From positions 64,704 through 128,703 of the forward strand of contig JAHFFW010000003.1 in NCBI GenBank assembly GCA_023247725.1: a DNA stretch of 64,000 bases. The letters run 5' to 3'. Position numbers and translations under genes: made by a program. The notes beneath the pieces were generated by a model that saw only the letters and a program-made list of their open reading frames with translations, had not been told where the DNA came from and made no database searches. Below, in pieces: positions 18,683 through 28,929 of this stretch; the first letter of the stretch is position 1; each line of letters begins with the position of its first letter. This DNA comes from Candidatus Omnitrophota bacterium (GTDB lineage: Bacteria; Omnitrophota; Gorgyraeia; Zapsychrales; JAHFFX01).

Positions 18683-19416
18683 TCGTCATCCCGGCCATTG
18701 ACATCAAAGACGGGCAGGTCGTCCGACTCCTCAAAGGTCAAGTGGAGCAAACGACGGTTTATTCCGACGATCCGGTGGCGATCGCCAAAAAATGGCAGGG
18801 CTGCGGCGCCCAATGGCTGCATGTGGTTGATCTGGATGCGGCCATGACTGGAACCCAGGCCAGCCAAAATTTTGAAGTGATCAGCCGCATTGCGACCGCC
18901 GTGCAAATCCCGATTCAATTGGGCGGCGGCATCCGCAATAAATACGATATTGCCAGATATTTATCCAGTGGTGTTTCCCGGATTATTTTGGGCACAAAGG
19001 CCGTCGAGAATCGGGAATTCTTGAAGGAAGTATTGGAAGAATGGAAGGGCCAGATTGTGGTGAGCATTGATTGTATGGATGGTAAGGTTGCGCATCACGG
19101 ATGGAAGGAACTTTCCAACATTCAGGCGGTGGATTTTGCCAAAGAACTCAAAGGATTTGGGCTCGAATGTTTGATTTATACCGATATCAGCCGCGACGGA
19201 ACCTTAAGCGGCCCCAACGTTGCGGGTCTCACGCAGATTTTGGATTCGGTCAATATGTCCGTCATTGCCTCCGGCGGCATTGGCAGCATGGAGGACATCA
19301 AAGCGCTCCTGGAATTGGAAAGCCGCGGGCTTTGGGGGGTCATCACCGGCAAAGCCATTTATGAGGGGAAAATCGATTTGCGCGAGGCGATCAATTTATG
19401 CTCGCCAAAAGAATAA
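18679..19416 (+). CDS. hisA: ProFAR isomerase
   Basis: [41 protein letters not shown]. Confidence 0.96.
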   Translation: MIVIPAIDIKDGQVVRLLKGQVEQTTVYSDDPVAIAKKWQGCGAQWLHVVDLDAAMTGTQASQNFEVISRIATAVQIPIQLGGGIRNKYDIARYLSSGVSRIILGTKAVENREFLKEVLEEWKGQIVVSIDCMDGKVAHHGWKELSNIQAVDFAKELKGFGLECLIYTDISRDGTLSGPNVAGLTQILDSVNMSVIASGGIGSMEDIKALLELESRGLWGVITGKAIYEGKIDLREAINLCSPKE

Positions 19417-20153
19417 TTCCCTGCCTTGATGTCAAAGACGGACGGGTGGTTAAAGGAATCCGCTTTGTTCATTTGAAAGATGCCGGCGATCCGGTTGCGA
19501 TTGCCGAGGCCTATGACCGGGCGGGCGCCGATGAATTGGTTTTTTTGGATATCACGGCCAGCCATGAACAGCGATCCATCTTGCTCGAAATTGTTCGCAA
19601 AACCGCCGAGAAGGTCTTTATGCCTTTGACCGTCGGCGGCGGGATCCGCGATCTTTTGGATATCCGCCGGCTTTTGCAATACGGCGCCGATAAGGTTTCC
19701 ATCAACACGGCCGCGGTCAATCAACCAAGGCTCATTACGGAGGCCGCTCAACAATTCGGAAGCCAATGCATTGTCATTGCCATCGACGCAAAAAAGGTCA
19801 ATCGTGGTTGGCAGGTCTTCACGCACGGGGGACGAACACCCACCGGCAAAGACGCCATTGCCTGGGCTCGCCAAGCGGAAAACCTCGGTGCTGGCGAAAT
19901 TTTATTGACCAGCATGGATTTTGATGGGACCAAAAACGGTTATGATCTCGACCTCACGAAGGCGATTTGTGAGGCAGTCAAAATCCCGGTCATTGCGTCG
20001 GGCGGCGCGGGCAAACTTGAACACTTCTATGCGGTCTTTTCGAAAACCGGCGCGGATGCGGCCTTGGCCGCTTCGGTTTTCCATTTTGGCGAAATTCCAA
20101 TTCCCAACGTAAAAAAATATCTCAAACAAAAATCGGTCGAAATCCGGTTATGA
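19398..20153 (+). CDS. hisF: Imidazole glycerol phosphate synthase cyclase subunit
   Basis: [41 protein letters not shown]. Confidence 0.97.
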   Translation: MLAKRIIPCLDVKDGRVVKGIRFVHLKDAGDPVAIAEAYDRAGADELVFLDITASHEQRSILLEIVRKTAEKVFMPLTVGGGIRDLLDIRRLLQYGADKVSINTAAVNQPRLITEAAQQFGSQCIVIAIDAKKVNRGWQVFTHGGRTPTGKDAIAWARQAENLGAGEILLTSMDFDGTKNGYDLDLTKAICEAVKIPVIASGGAGKLEHFYAVFSKTGADAALAASVFHFGEIPIPNVKKYLKQKSVEIRL

Positions 20154-20569
20154 AAAATCCCGAAACCATTGTTTTGACGCCGCGATCATTGCACAAACTC
20201 AAATTCGATAGTCAGGGTTTGATTCCGGCCATCATCCAGGATTATCAAACGCACGAAGTTCTGATGCTGGCGTATGTTAATCTTGAATCCATCAAACGCA
20301 CGATCAAAACCGGAAAGGTGACCTATTGGTCCCGTTCGCGCCAGCAATATTGGGTCAAAGGCGAAACCTCGGGGCATTTCCAATATCCCCAAGAGATCCG
20401 TTATGACTGCGACCTCGATACCTTGTTGATCAAAGTGCAACAAATTGGTTCGGCATGCCACACGATGAAAGGAAGTTGTTTCTACCGAAAGCTTAAAATA
20501 ATTCCCCGGGGCCCTTGGGATGCTGGAGCTTTGGGGCACCATGATGATCCTAGAAAAAAATCAGCATGA
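20150..20569 (+). CDS. hisI: Phosphoribosyl-AMP cyclohydrolase (monofunctional)
   Basis: [32 protein letters not shown]. Confidence 0.93.
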   Translation: MKNPETIVLTPRSLHKLKFDSQGLIPAIIQDYQTHEVLMLAYVNLESIKRTIKTGKVTYWSRSRQQYWVKGETSGHFQYPQEIRYDCDLDTLLIKVQQIGSACHTMKGSCFYRKLKIIPRGPWDAGALGHHDDPRKKSA

Positions 20570-21534
20570 GCCGTTACCGTCGACTGCGCCGTCATGAAAC
20601 GCTGCGCCAGCTGGTGCGAGAAACGCGGGTGAGCCCCGCTGACTTGATCCAGCCTTTTTTTGTGATCGAAGGCAAGGAGAAAAGAGAAGCGATTGTTTCC
20701 ATGCCGGGCATTTACCGGTATAGCGCGGACAAACTCTTGAGGGCCATTGAACAGTATCGCAACTTAGGCGGAAAGGCGGGAATATTTTTCGGAATTCCCG
20801 GCCGCAAAGATGCGCAAGGAAGTTCGGCGCATTCTGATAATGGGGTTATCCAGAAGGCGGTCAAACTCATTAAAAAAACCTTTCCTGATTTTCTGGTCAT
20901 TACCGATGTCTGTCTGTGCGAGTATACGACTCACGGCCATTGCGGCCTTCTGACCGGAGGGGATGTCGATAATGACAAGACGCTTCCGGTTTTGGCGAGG
21001 GTGGCGCTCTCCCATGCCCAGGCTGGCGCCGATATCATTGCCCCGTCGGATATGATGGATTTGCGGATCAAATCCATTCGGACTGAACTCGATAGAAATG
21101 GTTTTGCGGATATTCCGATTCTCTCTTACGCGGCCAAATATGCCTCGGCCTTTTATGGGCCTTTTCGCACGGCGGTGAATTCTGCCCCGCAATTTGGCGA
21201 CCGCAAATCATACCAGATGGATATCGCCAATCGCCGCGAAGCGATCAAAGAGGCCCTCGCCGACTTCGACCAAGGCGCAGACCTCATTATGGTCAAACCC
21301 GCCCTCGCTTATCTGGATGTCATTGCTTTATTCAAGGCGCAGCTTAATGTTCCCATCGTTGCCTACAGTGTGAGTGGGGAATATTCCATGGTGAAGGCAG
21401 CCGCGATGGCCAGCTGGATCAGTGAACAAGATGCCGCCATGGAAATCCTCACGGCGATTAAACGCGCCGGCGCTGATCTCATCATCAGTTATTATGCACA
21501 GGAGGCCCTGCGGTGGCTATCACCCAATCGATAA
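20566..21534 (+). CDS. hemB: Porphobilinogen synthase
   Basis: [33 protein letters not shown]. Confidence 0.97.
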   Translation: MSRYRRLRRHETLRQLVRETRVSPADLIQPFFVIEGKEKREAIVSMPGIYRYSADKLLRAIEQYRNLGGKAGIFFGIPGRKDAQGSSAHSDNGVIQKAVKLIKKTFPDFLVITDVCLCEYTTHGHCGLLTGGDVDNDKTLPVLARVALSHAQAGADIIAPSDMMDLRIKSIRTELDRNGFADIPILSYAAKYASAFYGPFRTAVNSAPQFGDRKSYQMDIANRREAIKEALADFDQGADLIMVKPALAYLDVIALFKAQLNVPIVAYSVSGEYSMVKAAAMASWISEQDAAMEILTAIKRAGADLIISYYAQEALRWLSPNR

Positions 21535-22790
21535 AATTATTCCAAAAGGCCAGGGAGGTCATGGTCGCCGGGGTCAATAGTCCGGTGCGTTCTTTTATGT
21601 CCGTGGGAGGGCATCCTCTGGTCATGGCGCGGGGAAAAGGATCCCTTTTTTTTGATGTCGATGGAAATGCCTATACGGACTATTGTCTTTCCTGGGGGGC
21701 CTTGATCTTGGGCCATGCCCACAATGATGTGGTTTCCGCTGTGCGGCGGGCCATTGTTCATGGATCGAGTTTTGGCACGACGACTCAAGTCGAAATTGAG
21801 ATGGCGAGGTTCGTTGTTCGACATGTCCCTTCCATCGATTTAGTTCGGTTGGTGAATTCCGGGACCGAAGCGACGATGAGCGCCATTCGCTTGGCCCGCG
21901 GGTTTACCGCAAAAAAGATGATCGTCAAATTTGATGGCTGTTATCATGGTCATTTCGATGACTTGTTAATCCAGGCCGGCTCCGGCGTGGCCAAATTGCC
22001 GGAATCCTCGAGTCAGGGAATCACGCCAAACCATATTCAAGAGACCCTCAGCCTTCCCTATAATAATACGAGGGTTCTCTCAGACATTTTGAATCGGTTT
22101 CATAAGGACATTGCCTGTGTTATTGTGGAACCCGTCGCCGGCAACATGGGAGTGGTAAGACCCGAGAAGGATTTTTTGAAAACCCTGAGAGAATTGACGC
22201 AAAAGTTCAAAATCGTTTTGATTTTTGATGAAGTCATGACCGGATTTCGGATGGGGTTGGGATGCGTGCAATCGGATTTGGGAATCATTCCGGATCTCAC
22301 TTGTCTGGGGAAAATTATAGGCGGCGGTTTTCCCATGGGGGCTTATGGCGGAAGAAAGGATATCATGCAATGCGTGGCCCCTCTGGGGAGGGTTTATCAG
22401 GCGGGGACATTTTCTGGGAATCCGGTGACTCTCTGCGCCGGTCTGGCGACTTTAAAAAATTTGTCAAAGGGATTTTACCTCCGGCTTAATACCCGCAGTG
22501 AAGAATTTGCCGAGCAGATGAATCGATTTTTTGTCAGCCAAAATAGCCCGGCCTATCTTTCTGGTTACAAATCCATGCTGAGTCTCCGATTCCAAGCGGG
22601 CCCGGTTAAAAATTATGCGCAGGCCCAAAAGGCTTCCTCGGTTCAACTCTATGCTAAACTTTTTCAAAAGCTTTTAAAGAATGGCGTCTACTGGCCGCCG
22701 GCGGATCTGGAGGCCTTTTTCCTCAGTGCGGCTCATTCCAACAGGGATTTAAGGCGCTTGGCGGATTTGTTGAAAGATTTTTTTGCATAA
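21513..22790 (+). CDS. hemL: Glutamate-1-semialdehyde 2,1-aminomutase
   Basis: GVNSPVR, NSGTEATMSAIRLARG, FDEVMTGFR, LGKIIGGG, AGTFSGNP. Confidence 0.96.
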   Translation: MAITQSIKLFQKAREVMVAGVNSPVRSFMSVGGHPLVMARGKGSLFFDVDGNAYTDYCLSWGALILGHAHNDVVSAVRRAIVHGSSFGTTTQVEIEMARFVVRHVPSIDLVRLVNSGTEATMSAIRLARGFTAKKMIVKFDGCYHGHFDDLLIQAGSGVAKLPESSSQGITPNHIQETLSLPYNNTRVLSDILNRFHKDIACVIVEPVAGNMGVVRPEKDFLKTLRELTQKFKIVLIFDEVMTGFRMGLGCVQSDLGIIPDLTCLGKIIGGGFPMGAYGGRKDIMQCVAPLGRVYQAGTFSGNPVTLCAGLATLKNLSKGFYLRLNTRSEEFAEQMNRFFVSQNSPAYLSGYKSMLSLRFQAGPVKNYAQAQKASSVQLYAKLFQKLLKNGVYWPPADLEAFFLSAAHSNRDLRRLADLLKDFFA

Positions 22791-22840
22791 CCAATCACGA
22801 AGCAAATCCAAATGACCAAATCACAAATTTCCAAAGTCAA
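22791..22840. repeat. Short degenerate CAAAT-core tandem repeats
   Basis: CAAATC CAAATGAC CAAATCA CAAATTTC CAAAGT directly after the hemL stop. Confidence 0.5.
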
Positions 22841-22881
22841 GACTGTGTGCACAATCAGTTTTTAAACCAAAGGGGGGACCT

Positions 22882-23277
22882 ATGCTCACGAACCTGCGTC
22901 AACAATTTGTTTTGATCTGTCTCTTGGGGATTTTCTCCCTTAGTTCAACGGGATGTTGGCTTCTGGTGGGCGCGGCGGCTGGCGCCGGCGGCGTGATCTG
23001 GGTAAAGGGGAGATTAGCGCAAGAGTTGAATGCGCCACTGGATCGGGTCCATGCCGCCAGCCTCAAGGCCTTGGAAAAAATGGAATTGCCCCTCATTATC
23101 GACCAAAAAGATAAACTGAGCGCAAAAATCGAATCGGAATTTTCCGACCGGGCAAGGGTGAGGATTAACATCAAATCGATCACCACCCGCTCGAGTCGAA
23201 TCGAAATCCGCGTGGGCACGCTCGGCGATGAACAACGCTCTCGGCAGATTCTCGATAACATCGAACATTATTTATAA
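22882..23277 (+). CDS. DUF3568-like lipoprotein
   Basis: STGC lipobox-like, VGAAAGAGG, IEIRVGTLGDEQRSRQI. Confidence 0.7.
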   Translation: MLTNLRQQFVLICLLGIFSLSSTGCWLLVGAAAGAGGVIWVKGRLAQELNAPLDRVHAASLKALEKMELPLIIDQKDKLSAKIESEFSDRARVRINIKSITTRSSRIEIRVGTLGDEQRSRQILDNIEHYL

Positions 23278-23281
23278 TCCC

Positions 23282-23638
23282 ATGAATAATAAACCCGAAC
23301 TGCCCCTCCGGCCTTGGGGAAATTTTCAGAAACTTTTTCAGGAGCCGGGTCTTTGGGTCAAACGGATCGAAGTCAATCCTGGCGCGCGGCTGAGCCTGCA
23401 AAGGCATGAGAAGCGTTCGGAGAAATGGGTTTTTGTTCATGGTCTTGGGCTGGCCATTGTCGAGGGCAAACAGATCCCGGTGAAAAAAGGAACCGTTGTC
23501 GATATCCCATTGGGGGCGGTGCATCGGATTGGCAATACCGGCGAAGATCCGCTCATCTTCATTGAAGTCGCCACCGGCAGCTATTTGGCGGAGGATGATA
23601 TTGTGCGGATAGAGGATGATTATGATAGGAAAAGTTGA
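23282..23638 (+). CDS. Cupin, mannose-6-phosphate isomerase type II C-terminal domain
   Basis: RPWG, VNPGARLSLQRHEKRSE, HRIGN, EDDIVRIEDDY. Confidence 0.85.
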   Translation: MNNKPELPLRPWGNFQKLFQEPGLWVKRIEVNPGARLSLQRHEKRSEKWVFVHGLGLAIVEGKQIPVKKGTVVDIPLGAVHRIGNTGEDPLIFIEVATGSYLAEDDIVRIEDDYDRKS

Positions 23639-23643
23639 TCTCA

Positions 23644-23691
23644 GTCACAAGTCACCAGTCAAGGTTACACCTCACACGTCACATGTCACAA
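23644..23691. repeat. Heptamer tandem repeat (GTCACAN) x ~7
   Basis: GTCACAA GTCACCA GTCAAG GTTACAC CTCACAC GTCACAT GTCACAA. Confidence 0.65.
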
Positions 23692-23712
23692 AAAATTTTC
23701 CTATGACCTTGA

Positions 23713-25083
23713 TTATTCCTTCCGCAAATGCGACGGCAAAATATTGAGCTGCTGACGATACTTGCTGATCGTTCGGCGGGCGATGTTGAAACCTTTTTTC
23801 TGAAAATGTTCCTGCAGTTCCTGATCAGAGAGAGGGGCGGTCTTTTGTTCAGCATCAATCAAATCCTTGATCTCTTCTTTGATACTGCGGCTGGAGACGG
23901 GACCTTGTGTTTGATGGGGAAGACCTTGAGAAAAGAAAAACCGCAAGGGCACCAAGCCTTGCGGTGTATCCACATACTTGTTTTGGATGGCCCGGCTGAC
24001 GGTTGATTCATTATGGTTGATGGCGACAGCGACATCCTTGAGCGTCATGGGATGAATCGATAAGTGTGCTCCGCCAAAAAAATCTTTTTGCTTGTCTAGA
24101 ATATACTCCGCGATCTCCTTGATGGTTTGCCCTCGCTGCTCAAGGCTACGGATGAAATTCGTGGCATTGCGCAACTTCTCCTTCACAAATTCCTTCTCCG
24201 CCTCCTTGAGGTTTTTATCCAGAAGCAGTCTTTGATAAAGCAGGTTGATCCGCAGATTAGGCAACCCTTCCTGATTGACCGTCACTTGAAAACCTTCAAT
24301 GGGATCCTGGTGGATGATGACGTCGGGTTTGATATAAATATTGGCATTGATCGGACGGTAATTACGCGCAGGTTTTGGCTCGAGACTGGCGATTTTGTTC
24401 GCAGCGTCTTTAACCAGCTCTAAGCTTGTTGCCAATTTGCGGGCGATCTCACTATATTTGCGCGAGCCCACCTCGGCCAGAAATGAATCGATCATGGTGG
24501 CGCCCAAATCGGCAGGGTCATCATACTTAGCCGACAATTGAATCTTTAAACATTCCTTCAAATCACGGGAAGCAATTCCGACCGGTTCAAAATTCTGAAT
24601 TCGCTGCAAAACATGTTCAACCAAGGCCAGATGATTTGGGCAAAGGCTTTGGGCAATCTCATCGCAGGAGATCCGTAAATACCCATCTTCGTCCAAGTTC
24701 CCGATAATTGTTTCTCCAATTTTTAACTGCAGAGGTTCTGAAAATTCAAAGCGCAGCTGTTCTAGCAATGAATCTTCCAAAGGAAGTTCCTTAAAAAGAG
24801 GTTTTTCCTCCCAGCGTTCATCTTCGCTAAAAGACTCCATCCGTTGCAATCGGAGGATTTCTCTTTGGCGTTGAATGTTGTTTTTCGTGATGTCAGCATG
24901 AGCTGCCACAGAAACCATCTGGGGTTCATCTTCATTGATTTCTAAAAGGGGATTATTTTGCAATTCTTGTTCGATGGCAAGGTCAAGATCGGCCAATGGC
25001 AATGCGAGAATTGAGATCGATTGTTGCATGGAAGGAGCGAGGATGGTTTTTTGTACTTGGGACAAAGCAAGCTTTGTTTTCAT
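23713..25083 (-). CDS. rpoN: RNA polymerase sigma-54 factor
   Basis: Region I (QQSISILALP...EQELQNNPLLE), IGNLDEDGYL, HNESTVSRA, RpoN box ARRTISKYR. Confidence 0.95.
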   Translation of the reverse strand: MKTKLALSQVQKTILAPSMQQSISILALPLADLDLAIEQELQNNPLLEINEDEPQMVSVAAHADITKNNIQRQREILRLQRMESFSEDERWEEKPLFKELPLEDSLLEQLRFEFSEPLQLKIGETIIGNLDEDGYLRISCDEIAQSLCPNHLALVEHVLQRIQNFEPVGIASRDLKECLKIQLSAKYDDPADLGATMIDSFLAEVGSRKYSEIARKLATSLELVKDAANKIASLEPKPARNYRPINANIYIKPDVIIHQDPIEGFQVTVNQEGLPNLRINLLYQRLLLDKNLKEAEKEFVKEKLRNATNFIRSLEQRGQTIKEIAEYILDKQKDFFGGAHLSIHPMTLKDVAVAINHNESTVSRAIQNKYVDTPQGLVPLRFFFSQGLPHQTQGPVSSRSIKEEIKDLIDAEQKTAPLSDQELQEHFQKKGFNIARRTISKYRQQLNILPSHLRKE

Positions 25084-25172
25084 AGCAAGAAGTATACCAT
25101 ATTGCATTTTTTAAAGTAAAAATTTTTATCGGCACGACGAAATAGACCTCCGTAGATAAAAAACGCGTGGGA

Positions 25173-25390
25173 TGTCCATTGATGTTTTTATTGGACAATA
25201 CCTTAAGTCGCTGCTGTGAGTTATTTTCTATGATTGTCCAGGCTTGTCCTAGACAATCATGTTTAGTGAATTGAACATTGCTGAGTTTGAATCCTTTGAC
25301 CATCATTATTTGTAGAAAGATTGTGTAATTATAAAATAATGCATAACATGACCTTATAGAACATTCGTTTTTATTTGTCCGGGCTTGTCC
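25173..25390. promoter_or_regulatory. TGTC(C) operator/enhancer-like repeats in the rpoN-eps divergent region
   Basis: TGTCCA-N13-TGGACA (25173-25197); ATGATTGTC-N13-GACAATCAT (25230-25260); TTGTCC(A/G)GGCTTGTCC at 25234 and 25375. Confidence 0.6.
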
Positions 25391-25394
25391 AAGA

Positions 25395-25410
25395 TGGCAT
25401 GTTACTTGCT
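25395..25410 (+). promoter_or_regulatory. sigma54 -24/-12 promoter of eps operon
   Basis: TGGCATGTTACTTGCT matches TGGCA-N6-TTGC(A/T). Confidence 0.8.
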
Positions 25411-25589
25411 GTATTATGGGGTACGAAGGCATTGACGACAATTAAAGAGATGGTCATCCCACATTTCAATCACCTAATAACTATCGCTACCCCGAAAGCA
25501 GTTTTACATTCTTTTAAAGATTGCCATTAGAGTTCACGGAAGGAAGGATGCACATGATCGAGGAACGCTTAACTCAAGGAGGCTTGGAA

Positions 25590-25775
25590 GTGAAAAAAAG
25601 GATGACCATAACTGAGGTCGCGGACCTGATAGGCATCAGTCCGAAAACGCTGGCGCGATGGGAAAAGGTCGGCAAGATCAAAAAGCCCAAACGGGACTGG
25701 CGGGGCTGGCGGGTTTATGATGAAACTGACTTCTTACACATAAAAGAGTTTCATGAAACCGTTTTTGAAGTCTGA
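25590..25775 (+). CDS. Small stand-alone MerR-type HTH protein (BldC/Xis-like), 61 aa
   Basis: AAGGAGG + GTG 25590; TITEVADLIGISPKTLARWEKVGKI...RDWRGWRVY; no coiled-coil or effector domain. Confidence 0.8.
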   Translation: MKKRMTITEVADLIGISPKTLARWEKVGKIKKPKRDWRGWRVYDETDFLHIKEFHETVFEV

Positions 25776-25806
25776 GTCATATATATTAAAGAAAGGAAGA
25801 CCGACT

Positions 25807-26601
25807 ATGAAGCGAGGCGTTTCTATTTTTTGGTTGTTCATCATCATGGCCGGATTGGCGGGTTTAAACTCTCCCTGGGTCATGGCCCAGAATTTTGCTG
25901 ACCGACCACCGGTTCATGAAGAACCGCAAGCTGTGACGAAAGCTGATCCATCGCAAAGTGATCAAGAACTTTCCGCGGAGGAAATCCTCAAGAAAACCAA
26001 ATTTTTTGAGAATGGCAAGCAATACACCTTAGGGAGAGATGATGTCCTGGACATTTCCATCATGCGTCACCCGGAAGTATCCGGGCAATACATCATTAAT
26101 GCCGAAGGCAATATACAATATGAATTTGTTGGCGATATCAGAGTGAGCGGTTTGACAAAAGATGAGGTGCGCGATGCAATTGCCGAAAAATTGTCCAACT
26201 TCATTGTCTCTCCGGATGTGACGGTCAAGATTGTGGGTTATAACAGCAAGGTGGTGTATGTCATTGGAGAAGTTGGTCGTCCAGGAAAGATTTTTATGCG
26301 TGGCGACACGATCACCGTCCGAGAAGCCCTTCTGGAAGCGGGTCTTCCTTTATTGACGGCCTCCCCCAAAAAGGGCCGATTGATCACCCCCTCTATGACG
26401 GGTAAACCCGAACAGAAAAAGGTCAATGTCGAAGCCTTGCTCTATAAGGGCGATTTGCGTGAAAACCTGGTGATGAAGCCAGGAGATACGCTTTATATCC
26501 CGGCCACAGTTTTGGCGAAGGCCATGCGGGCGATTTACCCTGTCACTCAACCCGTCGGCGAGGCAGCCGGTACGACCCGGGCGGTTTATCCGGGATTTTA
26601 A
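25807..26601 (+). CDS. wza: Polysaccharide export protein (Wza/OPX-like)
   Basis: Signal peptide; YTLGRDDVLDI, VYVIGEVGRPG, MKPGDTLYIP. Confidence 0.8.
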   Translation: MKRGVSIFWLFIIMAGLAGLNSPWVMAQNFADRPPVHEEPQAVTKADPSQSDQELSAEEILKKTKFFENGKQYTLGRDDVLDISIMRHPEVSGQYIINAEGNIQYEFVGDIRVSGLTKDEVRDAIAEKLSNFIVSPDVTVKIVGYNSKVVYVIGEVGRPGKIFMRGDTITVREALLEAGLPLLTASPKKGRLITPSMTGKPEQKKVNVEALLYKGDLRENLVMKPGDTLYIPATVLAKAMRAIYPVTQPVGEAAGTTRAVYPGF

Positions 26602-26646
26602 ACTTCGATGACTTTTTTTACGATTACAACTTAGCGAGGATCTGAC

Positions 26647-27942
26647 ATGGACGAATTAAATCAGACAGCATTTTCACCTTTGAATTATTTAAAAATCTTT
26701 TTCCGCCGCAAAAGCCTTTTTATTGTGCCTTTGTACGCGGGTTTAATCCTGGGAATTTGCGTGGGGATGATTATGCCCAAGAAGTACCGGTCTTCGACGA
26801 TTATCCAGGTGGAAGAAGGTAAATCCGATAATCCTTTGTTTGATAACCTAGCGGTTTCAACCAGTGTCAATCAAAGGATGGGGGCCATCCAAGAGTCCAT
26901 GCTCGGATGGAATAGCCTGGTCAAGCTCGTCAAGAGACTCGGGTTGGATAAGGAGGTCAAGACGCCGGGAGACTTAGAAAATCTCATCATGAAGATCCGC
27001 CGCAATATCGATATTCGCCTGCGGGGAGGAAACATCATCGATCTGGCCTATGTGGGGGATGATCCCCAGATCACCCAATCCGTGGTCAAAACGATCACCG
27101 AAATTTTCATCGAGCGCAATATTGAAATTCAGAATTCTGAAACTTCCGACGCCATTGCCTTCATCGAGGCGCAGCTGAAAATTTATAAAGGGAAAATCAA
27201 ATCTTCCGAGATTGCGCTTCTCAAAGAACAGCTGGATGGCTTATTGCTCGATTCCACCGAACAGCATCCGCGGGTGCGCGAATTGAGGACTCAGATTGAA
27301 CAAAAAAAGAAGGAGTTAGAAAAAGAAAAATTGCAATACTCGGAGGATATGGTTCTGGAAGAGCGCACGACCAATCCCATTATCGAAGAGATCAAGCGTG
27401 CCCTCGACAGCATGGAATCAACGACGGTCTCAATCAATCAAGCCGCTCCGCGCAAAGAAAAAGAGGGCGATTTATACAAGGTCATGCTCATCGACAAGAT
27501 GGACAATGTCATGGCCAGAGACGTGGGAGTCAATACGGCCATTTACAATATGCTTTTGCAGCGTCTGGAAACGGCAAAAATCACCCAGCGATTGCAATCC
27601 TCGAAGGAAGGAACAAAATACACAATCCTCGATCCGCCCCGGGTGCCCTTGAGCCCAATTCAACCAAATCGATTATTGGTAGCGTTCATGGGAATGTTTT
27701 TGGGTGGAGTGGCAGGAATTGGGTTGGTCCTGTTAACCGAATTTCTGGATAAATCCTTTCTCGATGTTCAGGAGGCCAAAGAATATCTGGGCGTCCCCTT
27801 ATTGGGCGCGATCTCAAAAATCAATACGATTGAAAGCATTCAGCAAGAAAAAGAACGACAAGGATGGTTTGCCAGCCTTACGGTCATCACCGGATTGGTG
27901 TTGGTTCTCATTACCGTGGTTCTGTCCGGATTGATTCATTAA
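26647..27942 (+). CDS. Polysaccharide co-polymerase (Wzc N-terminal/GumC-like)
   Basis: TM, PKKYRSST, TEQHPRVREL, ILDPPRVPLSPIQPNR, LGVPLLGAI. Confidence 0.85.
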   Translation: MDELNQTAFSPLNYLKIFFRRKSLFIVPLYAGLILGICVGMIMPKKYRSSTIIQVEEGKSDNPLFDNLAVSTSVNQRMGAIQESMLGWNSLVKLVKRLGLDKEVKTPGDLENLIMKIRRNIDIRLRGGNIIDLAYVGDDPQITQSVVKTITEIFIERNIEIQNSETSDAIAFIEAQLKIYKGKIKSSEIALLKEQLDGLLLDSTEQHPRVRELRTQIEQKKKELEKEKLQYSEDMVLEERTTNPIIEEIKRALDSMESTTVSINQAAPRKEKEGDLYKVMLIDKMDNVMARDVGVNTAIYNMLLQRLETAKITQRLQSSKEGTKYTILDPPRVPLSPIQPNRLLVAFMGMFLGGVAGIGLVLLTEFLDKSFLDVQEAKEYLGVPLLGAISKINTIESIQQEKERQGWFASLTVITGLVLVLITVVLSGLIH

Positions 27943-27975
27943 AAAGCCTTTCGCCCCAGATGAGGAGGAAGTTGC

Positions 27976-28866
27976 ATGTATCAACAATATTTCGGTTTTA
28001 AAGAATCTCCCTTTAATATCACGCCTAATTCCAAGTTCTTTTTTGCAAGCCTCAGACATACCGAGGCGCTCAATACCATGGTCTACGCAGTTTCGGAACG
28101 AAAAGGTTTTGTGGTCATTACCGGGGATATTGGCGCCGGCAAAACCACCGTTTGCCGGGCCCTCGTTAATCAGTTGGATTCCCGAACCCAAGTCGCGTTG
28201 ATCACCAACACCCTCATGAACGGCCGCGATTTGATTAGCACCATCCTCGAAGATTTGGAAGCGCAATACACCCCTGGGTCGAAGGCCAAATTGCTTTTCC
28301 AATTGAATAATTATCTGATTGAGCAATTGCGCGAAAATAATAATGTCGTCCTCATCATTGATGAAGCCCAGAACCTCACGCCTTCGGTTCTCGAAGAGGT
28401 GCGCCTTTTATCCAACCTCGAGACCGAAAGCGAGAAACTCATTCAGATCATTTTCCTTGGCCAGCCGGAATTAAAGAAAAAATTGGCAATGAATCGGCTC
28501 GAGCAATTGCGACAACGGGTCGCCGTCTATTATCATCTCTCGCCTTTAACCAAAGATGAAGCCCGGGAGTACATTCTTCATCGATTAAAAATTGCCAGCA
28601 AGAGCGACCGCCAGTATTTTACGGAGGAAGCCTTGGAGACGGTTTATAATTTTTCCAACGGAGTTCCGCGATTGATCAACCAAATCTGCGACAGCGCCCT
28701 CTTAAGCGCTTATGTCGCCGAAGCGGCCCAAGTCACTGACCAGACGATGCGGGAAGTCATTGCGGAATCTCCCATGATCCAAATCACAAGCGGCCAGCCG
28801 GTCTTGCCTAAAAAAGAGTCGGCCTTGGCTGAGGATCTGACAACGAAGATTTACTTCAAAGGGTGA
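27976..28866 (+). CDS. ExeA-like AAA ATPase (type seen in PEP-CTERM/EPS loci)
   Basis: MYQQYFGFKESPF, GDIGAGKTT, LIIDEAQNL, GVPRLINQICD. Confidence 0.85.
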   Translation: MYQQYFGFKESPFNITPNSKFFFASLRHTEALNTMVYAVSERKGFVVITGDIGAGKTTVCRALVNQLDSRTQVALITNTLMNGRDLISTILEDLEAQYTPGSKAKLLFQLNNYLIEQLRENNNVVLIIDEAQNLTPSVLEEVRLLSNLETESEKLIQIIFLGQPELKKKLAMNRLEQLRQRVAVYYHLSPLTKDEAREYILHRLKIASKSDRQYFTEEALETVYNFSNGVPRLINQICDSALLSAYVAEAAQVTDQTMREVIAESPMIQITSGQPVLPKKESALAEDLTTKIYFKG

Positions 28867-28929
28867 GATGGAACGTGCTCGTTTCTGCCTTAGGGTCAAT
28901 TGCGCTCGCACCAAAAAAGGAGAGACCAA

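Noticed and set aside
20502-20537. Similarity of the hisI tail to 30951-30987 (TTCCCYGGGRCCC...TTGGGGC)
   Set aside because: Only ~26/37 with a gap in GC-rich sequence; could be chance.
24983-25441. 152-aa - strand ORF in the rpoN intergenic region
   Set aside because: AT-rich regulatory DNA overlapping promoter motifs; no protein features.
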